This document shows, in pieces, positions 1 to 8,452 of a DNA stretch of 32,000 bases. Positions within the stretch are counted from its first letter, which is position 1, and every line of letters starts with the position of its first letter. The stretch comes from Chryseolinea sp. (lineage in GTDB: Bacteria; Bacteroidota; Bacteroidia; Cytophagales; Cyclobacteriaceae). The stretch is taken from positions 12,317 through 44,316 of the forward strand of contig JAYVSJ010000137.1 in NCBI GenBank assembly GCA_043775455.1, read 5' to 3'. The notes under the pieces were generated by a model. That model was not told the origin of the DNA. It saw nothing but the letters and a program-made list of their open reading frames with translations, and ran no database searches. The translations under genes and the position numbers were made by a program.

Positions 1-489
1 GCGTATGAAAAAAAACTTCAAATGCTCTAATATACCGCGTATAAAATATCAGTCTTCAAAATTCCGGCCTAGTAAGTTAAGTTCAAGTACAATGTTATTT
101 GGTTTAGGTTTGTTAGGATTGGGAATCATATAACCTCCGCTAACCTGAACTGTTTTGGAAACGGTTTTCATTAGACCAAAAAAAAGAAACAGCTGCATCA
201 TTATTTCGCTAAATAAAATCGCACTTCAGGTACCAGTCGTTTACCAATTTTATTTCATAACCAGCTATAATATCTTCGCGGTTTCCATTGCCTACCTACA
301 TTGGGTTTGTGAAGTAAGGACCAGCAACCAACTTGAGCCGGTGGTGGTTTCCGGGCTTTAAAGAAAATAGGCCATTCAAAATATAATTCAGTTTTCAATT
401 TTCCAATTGACTACTACGGTTAAGACCGGCCCACAATCTAGATTTAGACACTCCTGAAATATCGGAGTATGATTAATTAGTATTGTGTC

Positions 490-1353
490 ATGAAACTCTA
501 TACACTTTATCTTATCTCTTTTTTAATACACTTGAATTTTATTTTAAGTGCACAAATCAGTGAACAGAACAAAGAATACAAAACGCTTCGCGATGCCTTT
601 CAAAATAAAGAAAGGGTAGAGTGGCTTTCACTAACTAATAAAGGTTTGAAAGTTCTCCCAGATTCATTGTTTCAATTAACTGAGTTAAAGTATCTTGATC
701 TTGCACATAATGGCATCGATTCTATACCAGATCAAATCCGAAATCTAAAAAAACTCAAATACCTTGTGCTGTCACACAATCAATTAATAATTTTGCCAAA
801 GGCATTTTCAGAGCTGAAATCCCTTCAAAGTCTTTATCTCGACCATAACCCCAATATAAATCTTCAAAAGAGTATTGAAATTCTATCAACTCTTCCTTCG
901 CTAAAAATGTTAAGCTTGGCTGGAGATAATATCTCAGTAGTGCCGCGATCATTGTCAGGATTGAATCACCTAGAATCATTGGATCTATCTGAAAACAATT
1001 TTGAGGATTTGTCTGAGAGCACTCCTAAGCTTAAGCATCTGAAGGTGCTGTATGTTAATAATGATGCTCACTTTAATTTGAATCGTAATATAAAAGTGTT
1101 GAGTAAGCTCACGGAGCTAAAAGAGCTCCACATTGAGAACGACAGTCTTGAGGTGCTTCCGACCACAATCGGTGAACTAAAGTCGATTGAATATTTATTC
1201 TTAATCGGAAATCAAATTCATGAGATCCCTCGAGAAATCAATAACATGAAAAAACTCAAATTACTGGATATGACCGATAATCCAATTCCCACTCCTCTGC
1301 TCTATGATGAGCATTTGCGCCCTAAGATAATTTTTAGAATCAATAGGGATTAA
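490..1353 (+). CDS. Secreted leucine-rich repeat (LRR) protein
   Basis: 287-aa ATG ORF with a hydrophobic signal-like N-terminus (MKLYTLYLISFLIHLNFILSAQ). About ten tandem 22-24 aa LxxLxLxxNxL units follow (LKYLDLAHNGIDSIP, LKYLVLSHNQLIILP, LESLDLSENNF, LKLLDMTDNPI). Confidence 0.85.
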   Translation: MKLYTLYLISFLIHLNFILSAQISEQNKEYKTLRDAFQNKERVEWLSLTNKGLKVLPDSLFQLTELKYLDLAHNGIDSIPDQIRNLKKLKYLVLSHNQLIILPKAFSELKSLQSLYLDHNPNINLQKSIEILSTLPSLKMLSLAGDNISVVPRSLSGLNHLESLDLSENNFEDLSESTPKLKHLKVLYVNNDAHFNLNRNIKVLSKLTELKELHIENDSLEVLPTTIGELKSIEYLFLIGNQIHEIPREINNMKKLKLLDMTDNPIPTPLLYDEHLRPKIIFRINRD

Positions 1354-1585
1354 TTCACAATTAATTATCTGGAATCATGCCGCTCATAATCTTAGGCTTT
1401 AGCATGAAAAAATCCAACCTTAGCAATAAGCAAAATTTCATTAGTTCAATTTTCAGTGAAAAACCAATTATTGATAATTACAAGAGTCAAACCACAAAAC
1501 ATGACCAGATAATTCTATCTCTTACATGAATCAGGTACTATTTTGAGATGGATAAAATTAACAAAATCCATTCTTCGTCAAAAGC

Positions 1586-1658
1586 GTGTTTAATTAGGAA
1601 CCAAACCAACAACTTCAGAATCGGAATCTGAAATTCCATCCAATGAAATAACTGAGCT
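1586..1658 (-). pseudogene. Decayed tRNA-Arg-like copy (non-functional remnant)
   Basis: 1613-1650 matches 2051-2088 of the intact tRNA (D arm plus anticodon arm, including CCG) at 36/38 with a constant 438-bp offset. The T-arm equivalent is about 12/17 identical, and the acceptor and T stems can no longer pair. Confidence 0.6.
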
Positions 1659-1677
1659 AATGGCACGAATAACGAAC

Positions 1678-2010
1678 TCAGAAAATCTTTTTCGATCTAA
1701 ACCACATCGCAACGTAAGTAACAAAAATGCCAAGAAGGCCAGCAATTATCATTTCATTTCCGCCTGTAAAATGTAATATTTTAAAAACTATTCCTCCTAT
1801 TATTAGTACGACAAATACGAATGCTATTTTTCCGTAAACGGAGTTGGATGGAGTACTATAATATCCTAAGGCAAGTAACGATGATATTATGCCAGAAAAA
1901 TATAGAAGGAATGCACTCTTACTTTCAGAATCGAAATTGCGCCAAATCCAACCCGTAACTATTGCAATGAATGAACCTATGACCTAGACTGATACTACCT
2001 TCCCGGTCAT
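1678..2010 (-). pseudogene. Small 4-TM membrane protein frame interrupted by an in-frame TAG at codon 9
   Basis: Hand translation gives ATG(2010) MTGKVVSV, then TAG (1984-1986), then 101 further open codons to TGA (1678-1680). There are four hydrophobic stretches: VIGSFIAIVTGWIW, SAFLLYFSGIISSLLALGYY, KIAFVFVVLIIGGIVF and MIIAGLLGIFVTYVAMWF. No ATG, GTG or TTG lies after the TAG until near the end. The ATG-only ORF track does not list it. Confidence 0.4.
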
Positions 2011-2023
2011 AATTTAAAGGAAG

Positions 2024-2095
2024 TGGCCCCGGCAGGAATCGAACCTGCATCTTCAGAATCGGAATCTGAAATTCTATCCATTGAAATACGGAGCC
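2024..2095 (-). tRNA. tRNA-Arg (anticodon CCG), 72 nt, CCA not encoded
   Basis: The reverse complement folds as a cloverleaf. Acceptor is GGCTCCG/CGGGGCC plus discriminator A. The D loop contains GG. The anticodon stem is TCAGA/TCTGA with loop TTCCGAT. The T arm is GCAGG-TTCGATT-CCTGC. Confidence 0.9.
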
Positions 2096-2205
2096 TTAAA
2101 GTATTTAAGTGTGTGGGGTGTGTATGTGTTGAAGTACCAAATGGCGCTGCAAAAATAGCGAAAGGTTACGGGGGAAAAAATTTATTTCAGAAAGTACTAC
2201 TTCAA

Positions 2206-4335
2206 TCATTTGCTGACACCAGTCTTTCCTTTCAATTCAACATAATCACATATCACTTGAAAGGCCTCCTCAACATATTTATCCCCTTTCAGTTTTTGAA
2301 TCCATCGTTTATTAAACTCTTTGGCATATTCATCTAAATTAATCCGTTGGAGATCAATCTGGCAATTGGTTACATTAAAAACTGCTGTGGGCTGCATAAG
2401 ATTCTTTTCAATCACTCTATATCGTTGAACATCCTTCTCTGAATTTTTTAAAAATTCTTCCCATGATAATAGTATCGGTTGATACTGTTCTTTTAGTTTT
2501 TCTTTCAACCACAACAATGTTTCCATGGTGGTTTTAAAGGATTGATTTGAGAATACTCTCGCTTCACTCCGTTTTCTCAACTCCACTTTCGGTAATGGCA
2601 TTCGTGGTATATAATAAGTAAGTTGATAAACAGAATCGGCTGGCAACGCATTTGGCAACATCGATTCGCGCATCATCACTACATCATAAAAATCGGGCAT
2701 CACAATGTCAGGTGTTATCCCTAAGCCTTGCGCTGTCTTTCCGGTAACTCTGTAAATTTTATCCGTTGTGATCGTAGCAAACCCAGCTCCTGCCTTCAAG
2801 GATTCCAAAGATGCTTCTTCTTTCTGATTCGGATCGAGTGGAAAGAAATTCTGAGCCGTTGCCTTTCCGTACGTGCGGCTACCAACAATAATTCCACGAT
2901 TATAGTCTTGTAACGCAGCAGCAAGAAATTCGGAGGCCGATGCACTTTGTCCGTTGACTAATAAGATAAGCGGACCATCGTATACGGTGCCGCGGTTCAT
3001 ATCTTTTACGGTGGTTTCATTTTGATTCTTGTTGCGTAGAATTCCCAATGCACCTTCATCAATAAAAATTCCTGCGAGCGCTAGCGCTTCTTGCAAAGAA
3101 CCACCTCCATTAAAACGGACATCTAATATCAGTCCTTCGATATTCTCCTTTTTCAGCTTGATGATCTCCTTTGCTACATCACTAGCACAACGTGATCCTT
3201 CTGATTCATCATCCCATTGTGTATAAAAATCAGGCAAGGAGATGTAGCCGATTTTATTTTTTCCAGTGAGGATATAACTACGAACAAAATTTTCCTCCAG
3301 TGTAATTTTTTCTTTTCGAAGAGGAATTGCTTTCTGAATTCCCCCCGTTACTTTTAAATTAAACTCAATGGAATTATGATTCGCATCTCCCAAGATTTCG
3401 TTTACCTCCTCCACCGAAACACCAGCCAAGTCGATGCGCTCTTGCCCTGTCCATGTAAGTGCAAGCAATACATCGCCCACATGAAATTCTCCAGACTTCC
3501 ATGCAGGTCCACCGGGTGCGAGTGCCGCGATGATCACATCTCCTCGATCGTTCTCATCGAGCGTAACACCAAAATAATATCCTTCTGTGCTGAGCGATGA
3601 TAGAAAATTTTCCATCTCCATAGTAGAGAGGTAGGTGCTGTGTGGATCGAAGATGGAAGCGAATGTTCCGAAATAAATAGAGGCGACATAATTCTCGAAT
3701 CCGGATTGATGCTTCAGCATGCGATTAATAGATCGAAGCTCTGTAGCCTTAACACGTAGTCTAGCAACCGATTCATACTTCTGAAAAAATTGTGGATCGT
3801 CAATAGAATCCAATTCCTTCATACTGGCCAATCGATCGAGCAATGAAAGTTTCAACCACAAACGCCATTTAGCTTTTAAGAAAATTTCGTTAGCAGGCCA
3901 ATGCAATGTGTCATTCACCAAATATTCCTTCGCGTTCCAACTGAAAGGTGAAGTCGAGAATTGTTCAACATAACCGCTTGATCGCTCTAAACATTTTCGA
4001 TACACTGAAACCAGTAGATTAAAGAAATACCATTGCTTGCCGTTAAACTCATCATCAAGAAGTGTTCGGTACGATTGCAAAGATTTTAAATCGCTTTCCG
4101 CGAAAATAATTTTATCTGGATCAAGTGCTTTGAGTAATTGATCATAAAACTGCTGAGAGAATTGATCATTGATTTCTTTGGGGTGATAATGTTGTTGGAG
4201 AATAACATTCCTTAACATGTTCGCTTCTTTTCGGAAATCACGATGTTGAGCAACAGCGGATGAATTCAAAAAAATGAAATAGATTAAATTCAACCAAAGT
4301 AGTGCGTATGTAAAGCGATTCACGTAAGAGTACAT
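2206..4335 (-). CDS. S41 family C-terminal processing (tail-specific) peptidase with PDZ domain
   Basis: 709 aa with an N-terminal signal or TM segment. S41 catalytic region: LILDVRFNGGGSLQEA, LVNGQSASASEFLAAALQDY, VGSRTYGKATAQ (Ser/Lys dyad context). Length is typical of Prc/Tsp-like enzymes. Confidence 0.9.
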   Translation of the reverse strand: MYSYVNRFTYALLWLNLIYFIFLNSSAVAQHRDFRKEANMLRNVILQQHYHPKEINDQFSQQFYDQLLKALDPDKIIFAESDLKSLQSYRTLLDDEFNGKQWYFFNLLVSVYRKCLERSSGYVEQFSTSPFSWNAKEYLVNDTLHWPANEIFLKAKWRLWLKLSLLDRLASMKELDSIDDPQFFQKYESVARLRVKATELRSINRMLKHQSGFENYVASIYFGTFASIFDPHSTYLSTMEMENFLSSLSTEGYYFGVTLDENDRGDVIIAALAPGGPAWKSGEFHVGDVLLALTWTGQERIDLAGVSVEEVNEILGDANHNSIEFNLKVTGGIQKAIPLRKEKITLEENFVRSYILTGKNKIGYISLPDFYTQWDDESEGSRCASDVAKEIIKLKKENIEGLILDVRFNGGGSLQEALALAGIFIDEGALGILRNKNQNETTVKDMNRGTVYDGPLILLVNGQSASASEFLAAALQDYNRGIIVGSRTYGKATAQNFFPLDPNQKEEASLESLKAGAGFATITTDKIYRVTGKTAQGLGITPDIVMPDFYDVVMMRESMLPNALPADSVYQLTYYIPRMPLPKVELRKRSEARVFSNQSFKTTMETLLWLKEKLKEQYQPILLSWEEFLKNSEKDVQRYRVIEKNLMQPTAVFNVTNCQIDLQRINLDEYAKEFNKRWIQKLKGDKYVEEAFQVICDYVELKGKTGVSK

Positions 4336-4414
4336 TTAAAAGCCAAGGTATTTAAAAATAGTGAATTCTGTAACCACTTGCTTCATTGCGATGATGGGGA
4401 TTTTTATGAACTAA

Positions 4415-4500
4415 GGGCATCTCTAAAAACCTCCGCTTATCCTTCTCAACTGGAGAAGGGAAGGGATGAGGCCAATAAAAAAAAGTTTTTAGAGATGCCC
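4415..4500 (+). repeat. Palindromic intergenic element, copy A
   Basis: Perfect 16-bp outer stem gggcatctctaaaaac (4415-4430) / gtttttagagatgccc (4485-4500). It encloses the core CTCCGCT (4431-4437), the hairpin ccttctc-aactg-gagaagg (4441-4459) and TGAGGCCA (4467-4474). The core is shared with copies B and C. Confidence 0.8.
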
Positions 4501-4549
4501 CTAAATTAAAGATGAATTAAAATTAAATAAAACAGATTTAAAATTTGAA

Positions 4550-6130
4550 TTACCCTTGAATGGATCCTTCAAAATCTACATTAAAGAACGTACCTCGATT
4601 TTTCTTTCTCTCCATCGACTGACGCGTAATAATAAACGCTATGGTAATCAAGTTTCGAAGTTCACACAATTGTGGAGAAAGAACCGCTTCATCATAAAGC
4701 CGCTCGGTTTCATGAAACAGAATATCAATTCGCTTGGAAGCTCGCTTTAATCTTTCGTGTGACCGGACAATGGCTACATAATCACTCATCAGATCACGAA
4801 GTTCTTTTCGTGTATGGGTAATTAGAATTTGTTCGCGTGGAACGATTGTACCTTCAGCATTCCAATCCGGAATGTTTTGTGGAATAGCAATCTCACTTAA
4901 CTTTTCTTCAACATTAGTAAAGCAACGATGAGCAAACACAATCGCTTCTAACAACGAGTTTGATGCCAATCGATTGGCACCGTGCAATCCGGTACATGCG
5001 CACTCTCCGCAGGCATATAGATTCTGAATTGACGTACGACCATGTACATCCACTTCAATACCTCCGCATTGATAATGTGCAGCTGGCACAACCGGAATTA
5101 ATTGAGTGGCGGTATCAATACCTTTGCTTAAACATTTTTCATAAATATTCGGGAAGTGAGAAATGAAATCTTCTTTTGGCAGATGGGTGCAATCCAAATA
5201 GACACATTCATCACCTCGGGTTATCAATTCATTGTCGATGGCCTTCGCTACAATATCGCGTGAAGCCAATTCGCCACGATCATCGTATCTAAACATAAAG
5301 CGCTCTCCATCTTTTGTTCGCAAGTACGCGCCATGACCACGAATGGCTTCAGTAATCAAAAAAGACGGATTGTCATCTTGCGAATAAAAAGCAGTAGGAT
5401 GAAACTGTATAAACTCCATGTCCCTTACTTTCGCCATCGCACGATATGCCATGGCCACACCATCACCGGTTGCAATCAGCGGATTAGTAGTTGTTCGATA
5501 TACTTGCCCCGCTCCGCCCGTTGCAAGCAATGTAACTTTCGAAACATACTTTTCAATTTTACACGTGCGCTGATCCATCACATATGCTCCATAACATGCG
5601 ATACCCGGTTGGGGCTGTGATATCTTTTGCTTGAAATGATGTTCAGTAATCAGATCGATCGAAAAGTGATGAGGCAGTAAAATAATGTTGGGCAATGAAT
5701 TTACTTGCCTAAGCAAACTTTTCTCAATTTGCAAACCGGTAACATCTTTATAATGGATGATGCGTTTTTCAGTATGTCCACCTTCACGACCAAGTTCCAG
5801 ATTTCCTGAAGCATCCTGATCAAACTCAACACCCCATTCAATAATTTCCTCCAAACGCTTTGGACCCTCGCGAACCACAAGCTCTACCACTTCACGATCA
5901 CACAATCCATCGCCAGCACGTAAAGTGTCATCTATATGTTTTTGAAATGAATCCGTTAGCTCATTTAACACTACGGCAATACCACCTTGCGCATACTTTG
6001 TGTTTGATTCACTATCATCCGCTTTAGTAATAACCGTTATAGATTGATTGGGGAAACGTTTCGCCATTTTAATTGCAAACGAAAGTCCTGCAATTCCAGA
6101 CCCAATGATGAGAACATCTGTTTGCGGCAT
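4550..6130 (-). CDS. nadB: L-aspartate oxidase
   Basis: 526 aa. FAD-binding N-terminus DVLIIGSGIAGLS, a succinate dehydrogenase/fumarate reductase flavoprotein-like core (YAQGGIA, HPTA, RGEGA-like RGHGAY, GLHGANRLASNSLLE), and a position directly downstream of nadA. Confidence 0.95.
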   Translation of the reverse strand: MPQTDVLIIGSGIAGLSFAIKMAKRFPNQSITVITKADDSESNTKYAQGGIAVVLNELTDSFQKHIDDTLRAGDGLCDREVVELVVREGPKRLEEIIEWGVEFDQDASGNLELGREGGHTEKRIIHYKDVTGLQIEKSLLRQVNSLPNIILLPHHFSIDLITEHHFKQKISQPQPGIACYGAYVMDQRTCKIEKYVSKVTLLATGGAGQVYRTTTNPLIATGDGVAMAYRAMAKVRDMEFIQFHPTAFYSQDDNPSFLITEAIRGHGAYLRTKDGERFMFRYDDRGELASRDIVAKAIDNELITRGDECVYLDCTHLPKEDFISHFPNIYEKCLSKGIDTATQLIPVVPAAHYQCGGIEVDVHGRTSIQNLYACGECACTGLHGANRLASNSLLEAIVFAHRCFTNVEEKLSEIAIPQNIPDWNAEGTIVPREQILITHTRKELRDLMSDYVAIVRSHERLKRASKRIDILFHETERLYDEAVLSPQLCELRNLITIAFIITRQSMERKKNRGTFFNVDFEGSIQG

Positions 6131-6132
6131 GA

Positions 6133-7140
6133 TTAATTTTTAGAAATTTCGAGCATGCGTTGAATCGGAATGAGCGCTTTCTTTTGTATTTCTTCCGGCA
6201 CAAGAATTTCAGGCAACTCGTACTTCAGACAGAGATACAATTTCTCCAACGTATTCAATCGCATAAAGGCACACTCACTACAAGCACATGTATTATCTTC
6301 ATGGCTTGGCGCAGGAATCAATATTTTATTCTGCACCACTTTCGACATCTGATGAAGAATGCCCGCCTCGGTGGCGATGATAAATTCATCTGAAGCATCA
6401 TTTTTCACGAAGTTGATCATGCCAGTAGTAGAGCCGATGTAGTTTGCAACTTTCAATAAATGCGTTTCTGATTCCGGATGCGCTACAATTTTTGCTTTCG
6501 GATGTAGCTTATGTAATTCCAATAATTTATCGATGGCAAAAGCTTCGTGTACAATGCAAGCGCCTTCCCATAAAACCATATCTCGTCCTATTTTATTGAT
6601 GAGGTATTTTCCTAGATTTTTATCAGGGGCAAAAATAATAGGTTGGTCTTTCGGAATCGAATTAACTATCTTCTCTGCGTTCGCAGATGTGCAAATGATA
6701 TCGCTCATCGCTTTAATTTCAGCCGTGCAATTGATGTAGGTAATCACAACATGATCAGGATGCTGATCTAAAAAACTTTTGAATAAATCGGGTGGAGCTG
6801 AATCTGCTAATGAACAACCCGCCTTCAAATCCGGTAGCACTACCTTTTTTGATGGATTCAGAATCTTAGCCGTTTCGCCCATGAAATGCACTCCAGCAAA
6901 GACAATAATATCTGCTTTGGTTTGTGCGGCTTGTTGTGAAAGCCCCAGACTGTCGCCTACATAATCAGCGATATCCTGAATCTCGGGACGTTGATAATAA
7001 TGCGCCAGAATAACAGCATTCTTTTCTTTTTTCAACCGATTAATTTCTTCCACCAAATTAAGCCCTTTGTCAACTGGGAGTTTAAGGAAACCTTCGTGGT
7101 GAAGTTTACTGGTGGCTTTTTCAAGGATGATATCCGTCAT
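6133..7140 (-). CDS. nadA: Quinolinate synthase
   Basis: 335 aa. Matches the NadA family ([21 protein letters not shown], Cys ligand contexts [10 protein letters not shown] / [10 protein letters not shown] / EGACIVHE). A 2-nt gap separates it from the nadB start. Confidence 0.95.
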   Translation of the reverse strand: MTDIILEKATSKLHHEGFLKLPVDKGLNLVEEINRLKKEKNAVILAHYYQRPEIQDIADYVGDSLGLSQQAAQTKADIIVFAGVHFMGETAKILNPSKKVVLPDLKAGCSLADSAPPDLFKSFLDQHPDHVVITYINCTAEIKAMSDIICTSANAEKIVNSIPKDQPIIFAPDKNLGKYLINKIGRDMVLWEGACIVHEAFAIDKLLELHKLHPKAKIVAHPESETHLLKVANYIGSTTGMINFVKNDASDEFIIATEAGILHQMSKVVQNKILIPAPSHEDNTCACSECAFMRLNTLEKLYLCLKYELPEILVPEEIQKKALIPIQRMLEISKN

Positions 7141-7319
7141 TATATTTCAAGTTGAAAGATTGTCTGCGAAATTAAGCAGTTTAGGGCTTCGAGTTTAAAG
7201 TTACGAGTTTAAAATTCTCTATGACTGCCATACGAGGAGTTTAGGCTTCAAAGTTCCAGGCCATCAACAAATGTTCAGGGATTTTGATTAACCTTAGGTT
7301 CTCATTTGAAATAAACAGA

Positions 7320-7409
7320 CAATGTCGTTGACTTAAGCTCCGCTGACTTCCTCTCTTCTGGAGAGGAACAAGGTGAGGCCATGAAGAAAGGCTTAAGTCA
7401 ACGACATTG
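7320..7409 (+). repeat. Palindromic intergenic element, copy B
   Basis: 19-bp perfect terminal inverted repeat caatgtcgttgacttaagc (7320-7338) / gcttaagtcaacgacattg (7391-7409). Core: CTCCGCT (7338-7344), hairpin ttcctctc-ttctg-gagaggaa (7348-7368), TGAGGCCA (7374-7381). It is flanked by the 9-bp direct repeat AATAAACAG (7310-7318, 7410-7418). Confidence 0.85.
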
Positions 7410-7447
7410 AATAAACAGTACTGAATTCCCTAACGCGTCAAATTGAT

Positions 7448-7927
7448 ATGATACGATTAGCAACCACGGACGATTTCGATTTCACTTATGGTTTGTACAT
7501 GCACTTGGATGTCAATCCTTTTCTATTGTATGAGAAGATGGACAAGGTATCCTTTGAACCCATCTTTCAGGATTTGAAAGGTAACGATCTACTCTATATT
7601 TATGTTGCCTCCAATGAGCCTACCGGAATGTTCAAGTTCATTCACATGAAATATCGAAATTCACACATGGCATACTTGGGTGGCCTGGCTATTCATCCTT
7701 CTTTTTTCGGTAAGGGTTACGGCTTCACCATGATGCAGGAAATTATTGAGCTAGGAACATCAAAGAAATTGCACCGTATCGAACTCAGCACCGCTGTTAC
7801 GAATTTAAAAGCAATTACACTTTATGAGAAATCTGGTTTTGAAAAAGAAGGTACGTTAAGAAAGTACACCTACCTTAAAAGTGAAAACAAATTTGTTGAT
7901 GAGGTGATGATGTCGTATTTGTATTGA
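7448..7927 (+). CDS. GNAT family N-acetyltransferase
   Basis: 159 aa. Acetyl-CoA binding motif A context (LAIHPSFFGKGYGFTMMQ) and the C-terminal YEKSGFEKEG motif typical of GNATs. Confidence 0.85.
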   Translation: MIRLATTDDFDFTYGLYMHLDVNPFLLYEKMDKVSFEPIFQDLKGNDLLYIYVASNEPTGMFKFIHMKYRNSHMAYLGGLAIHPSFFGKGYGFTMMQEIIELGTSKKLHRIELSTAVTNLKAITLYEKSGFEKEGTLRKYTYLKSENKFVDEVMMSYLY

Positions 7928-7969
7928 TCATAAACAATGTTAATAATTAATACTTAAAAATAATTTTCA

Positions 7970-8452
7970 ATGAAACAAATGAACTACCTCCTTTGGATAT
8001 TGCTACTTCTCATTCTGAACGGATGCAATCAACAAGCAGTCAAACAAGACTCTGCTATTGTAATCGACACATTGAAAGAAGAAGCAGCAATTAAATCAGT
8101 ATTAACCGAAATGTGGGATGCTATTGAAATAAATGATATAGATCGTTATGCGAAATACGTACATCCTGACTTTACTCAGTTTGGAGAAAACGATTCCACG
8201 TTACTGGTAGGCAAATCCAATGAAGTTAATTCCATCAAAAATTGGATGGAACATGCTTCGAACGTTCATACCGAAATGATACACCCGAAAATTACAATCA
8301 AAGGTAATGTAGCATGGATTACCTATTATTGGTCGGATGCAGGAATGAATGATGGGAAATTATTTAGTAGTAGAGGAAAGTCAACTCGTATATTTATGAA
8401 AGAGAATAATCAATGGTTGTGTATTCATGGACACTATACTTTGCTTCCGTAG
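7970..8452 (+). CDS. SnoaL-like / NTF2-fold (DUF4440-type) lipoprotein
   Basis: 160 aa. Signal peptide with lipobox-like LNGC. The body resembles the NTF2-like DUF4440/SnoaL family (IKSVLTEMWDAIEINDIDRYAKYVHPDFTQF, RGKSTRIFMKENNQWLCIHGH). Confidence 0.7.
   Translation: MKQMNYLLWILLLLILNGCNQQAVKQDSAIVIDTLKEEAAIKSVLTEMWDAIEINDIDRYAKYVHPDFTQFGENDSTLLVGKSNEVNSIKNWMEHASNVHTEMIHPKITIKGNVAWITYYWSDAGMNDGKLFSSRGKSTRIFMKENNQWLCIHGHYTLLP

Noticed and set aside
116-394. A minus-strand frame whose translation superficially looks like an outer-membrane beta-barrel tail (AGYEIKLVNDWYL, AAVSFFWSNENRF), together with the opposite-strand ORF 155..361.
   Set aside because: The frame has in-frame TAGs at 296-298, 209-211 and 140-142 and no start codon. 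Three stops in about 93 codons is close to the random expectation for AT-rich DNA. The 68-aa plus ORF has no recognisable features. I treat the region as non-coding or too decayed to call.
1984-1986. The idea that in-frame TAG codons indicate amber reassignment or a suppressor system.
   Set aside because: TAG is used as an ordinary terminator here. It ends the 7970..8452 gene, where the next protein has its own signal peptide, and it ends the AraC gene at 28657-28659. A nonsense mutation or a chance ORF is more parsimonious.
2109-2130. A GT-rich tract gtgtgtggggtgtgtatgtgtt immediately 5' of the tRNA-Arg gene.
   Set aside because: It is a short, imperfect low-complexity run. I can support no repeat unit, structure or known motif beyond its unusual composition.
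2023-2337. A 104-aa plus-strand ORF starting MAPAGIEPASSESESE.
   Set aside because: It is the antisense translation of the tRNA-Arg gene running into the antisense of the S41 peptidase 3' end, so it is an artefact.
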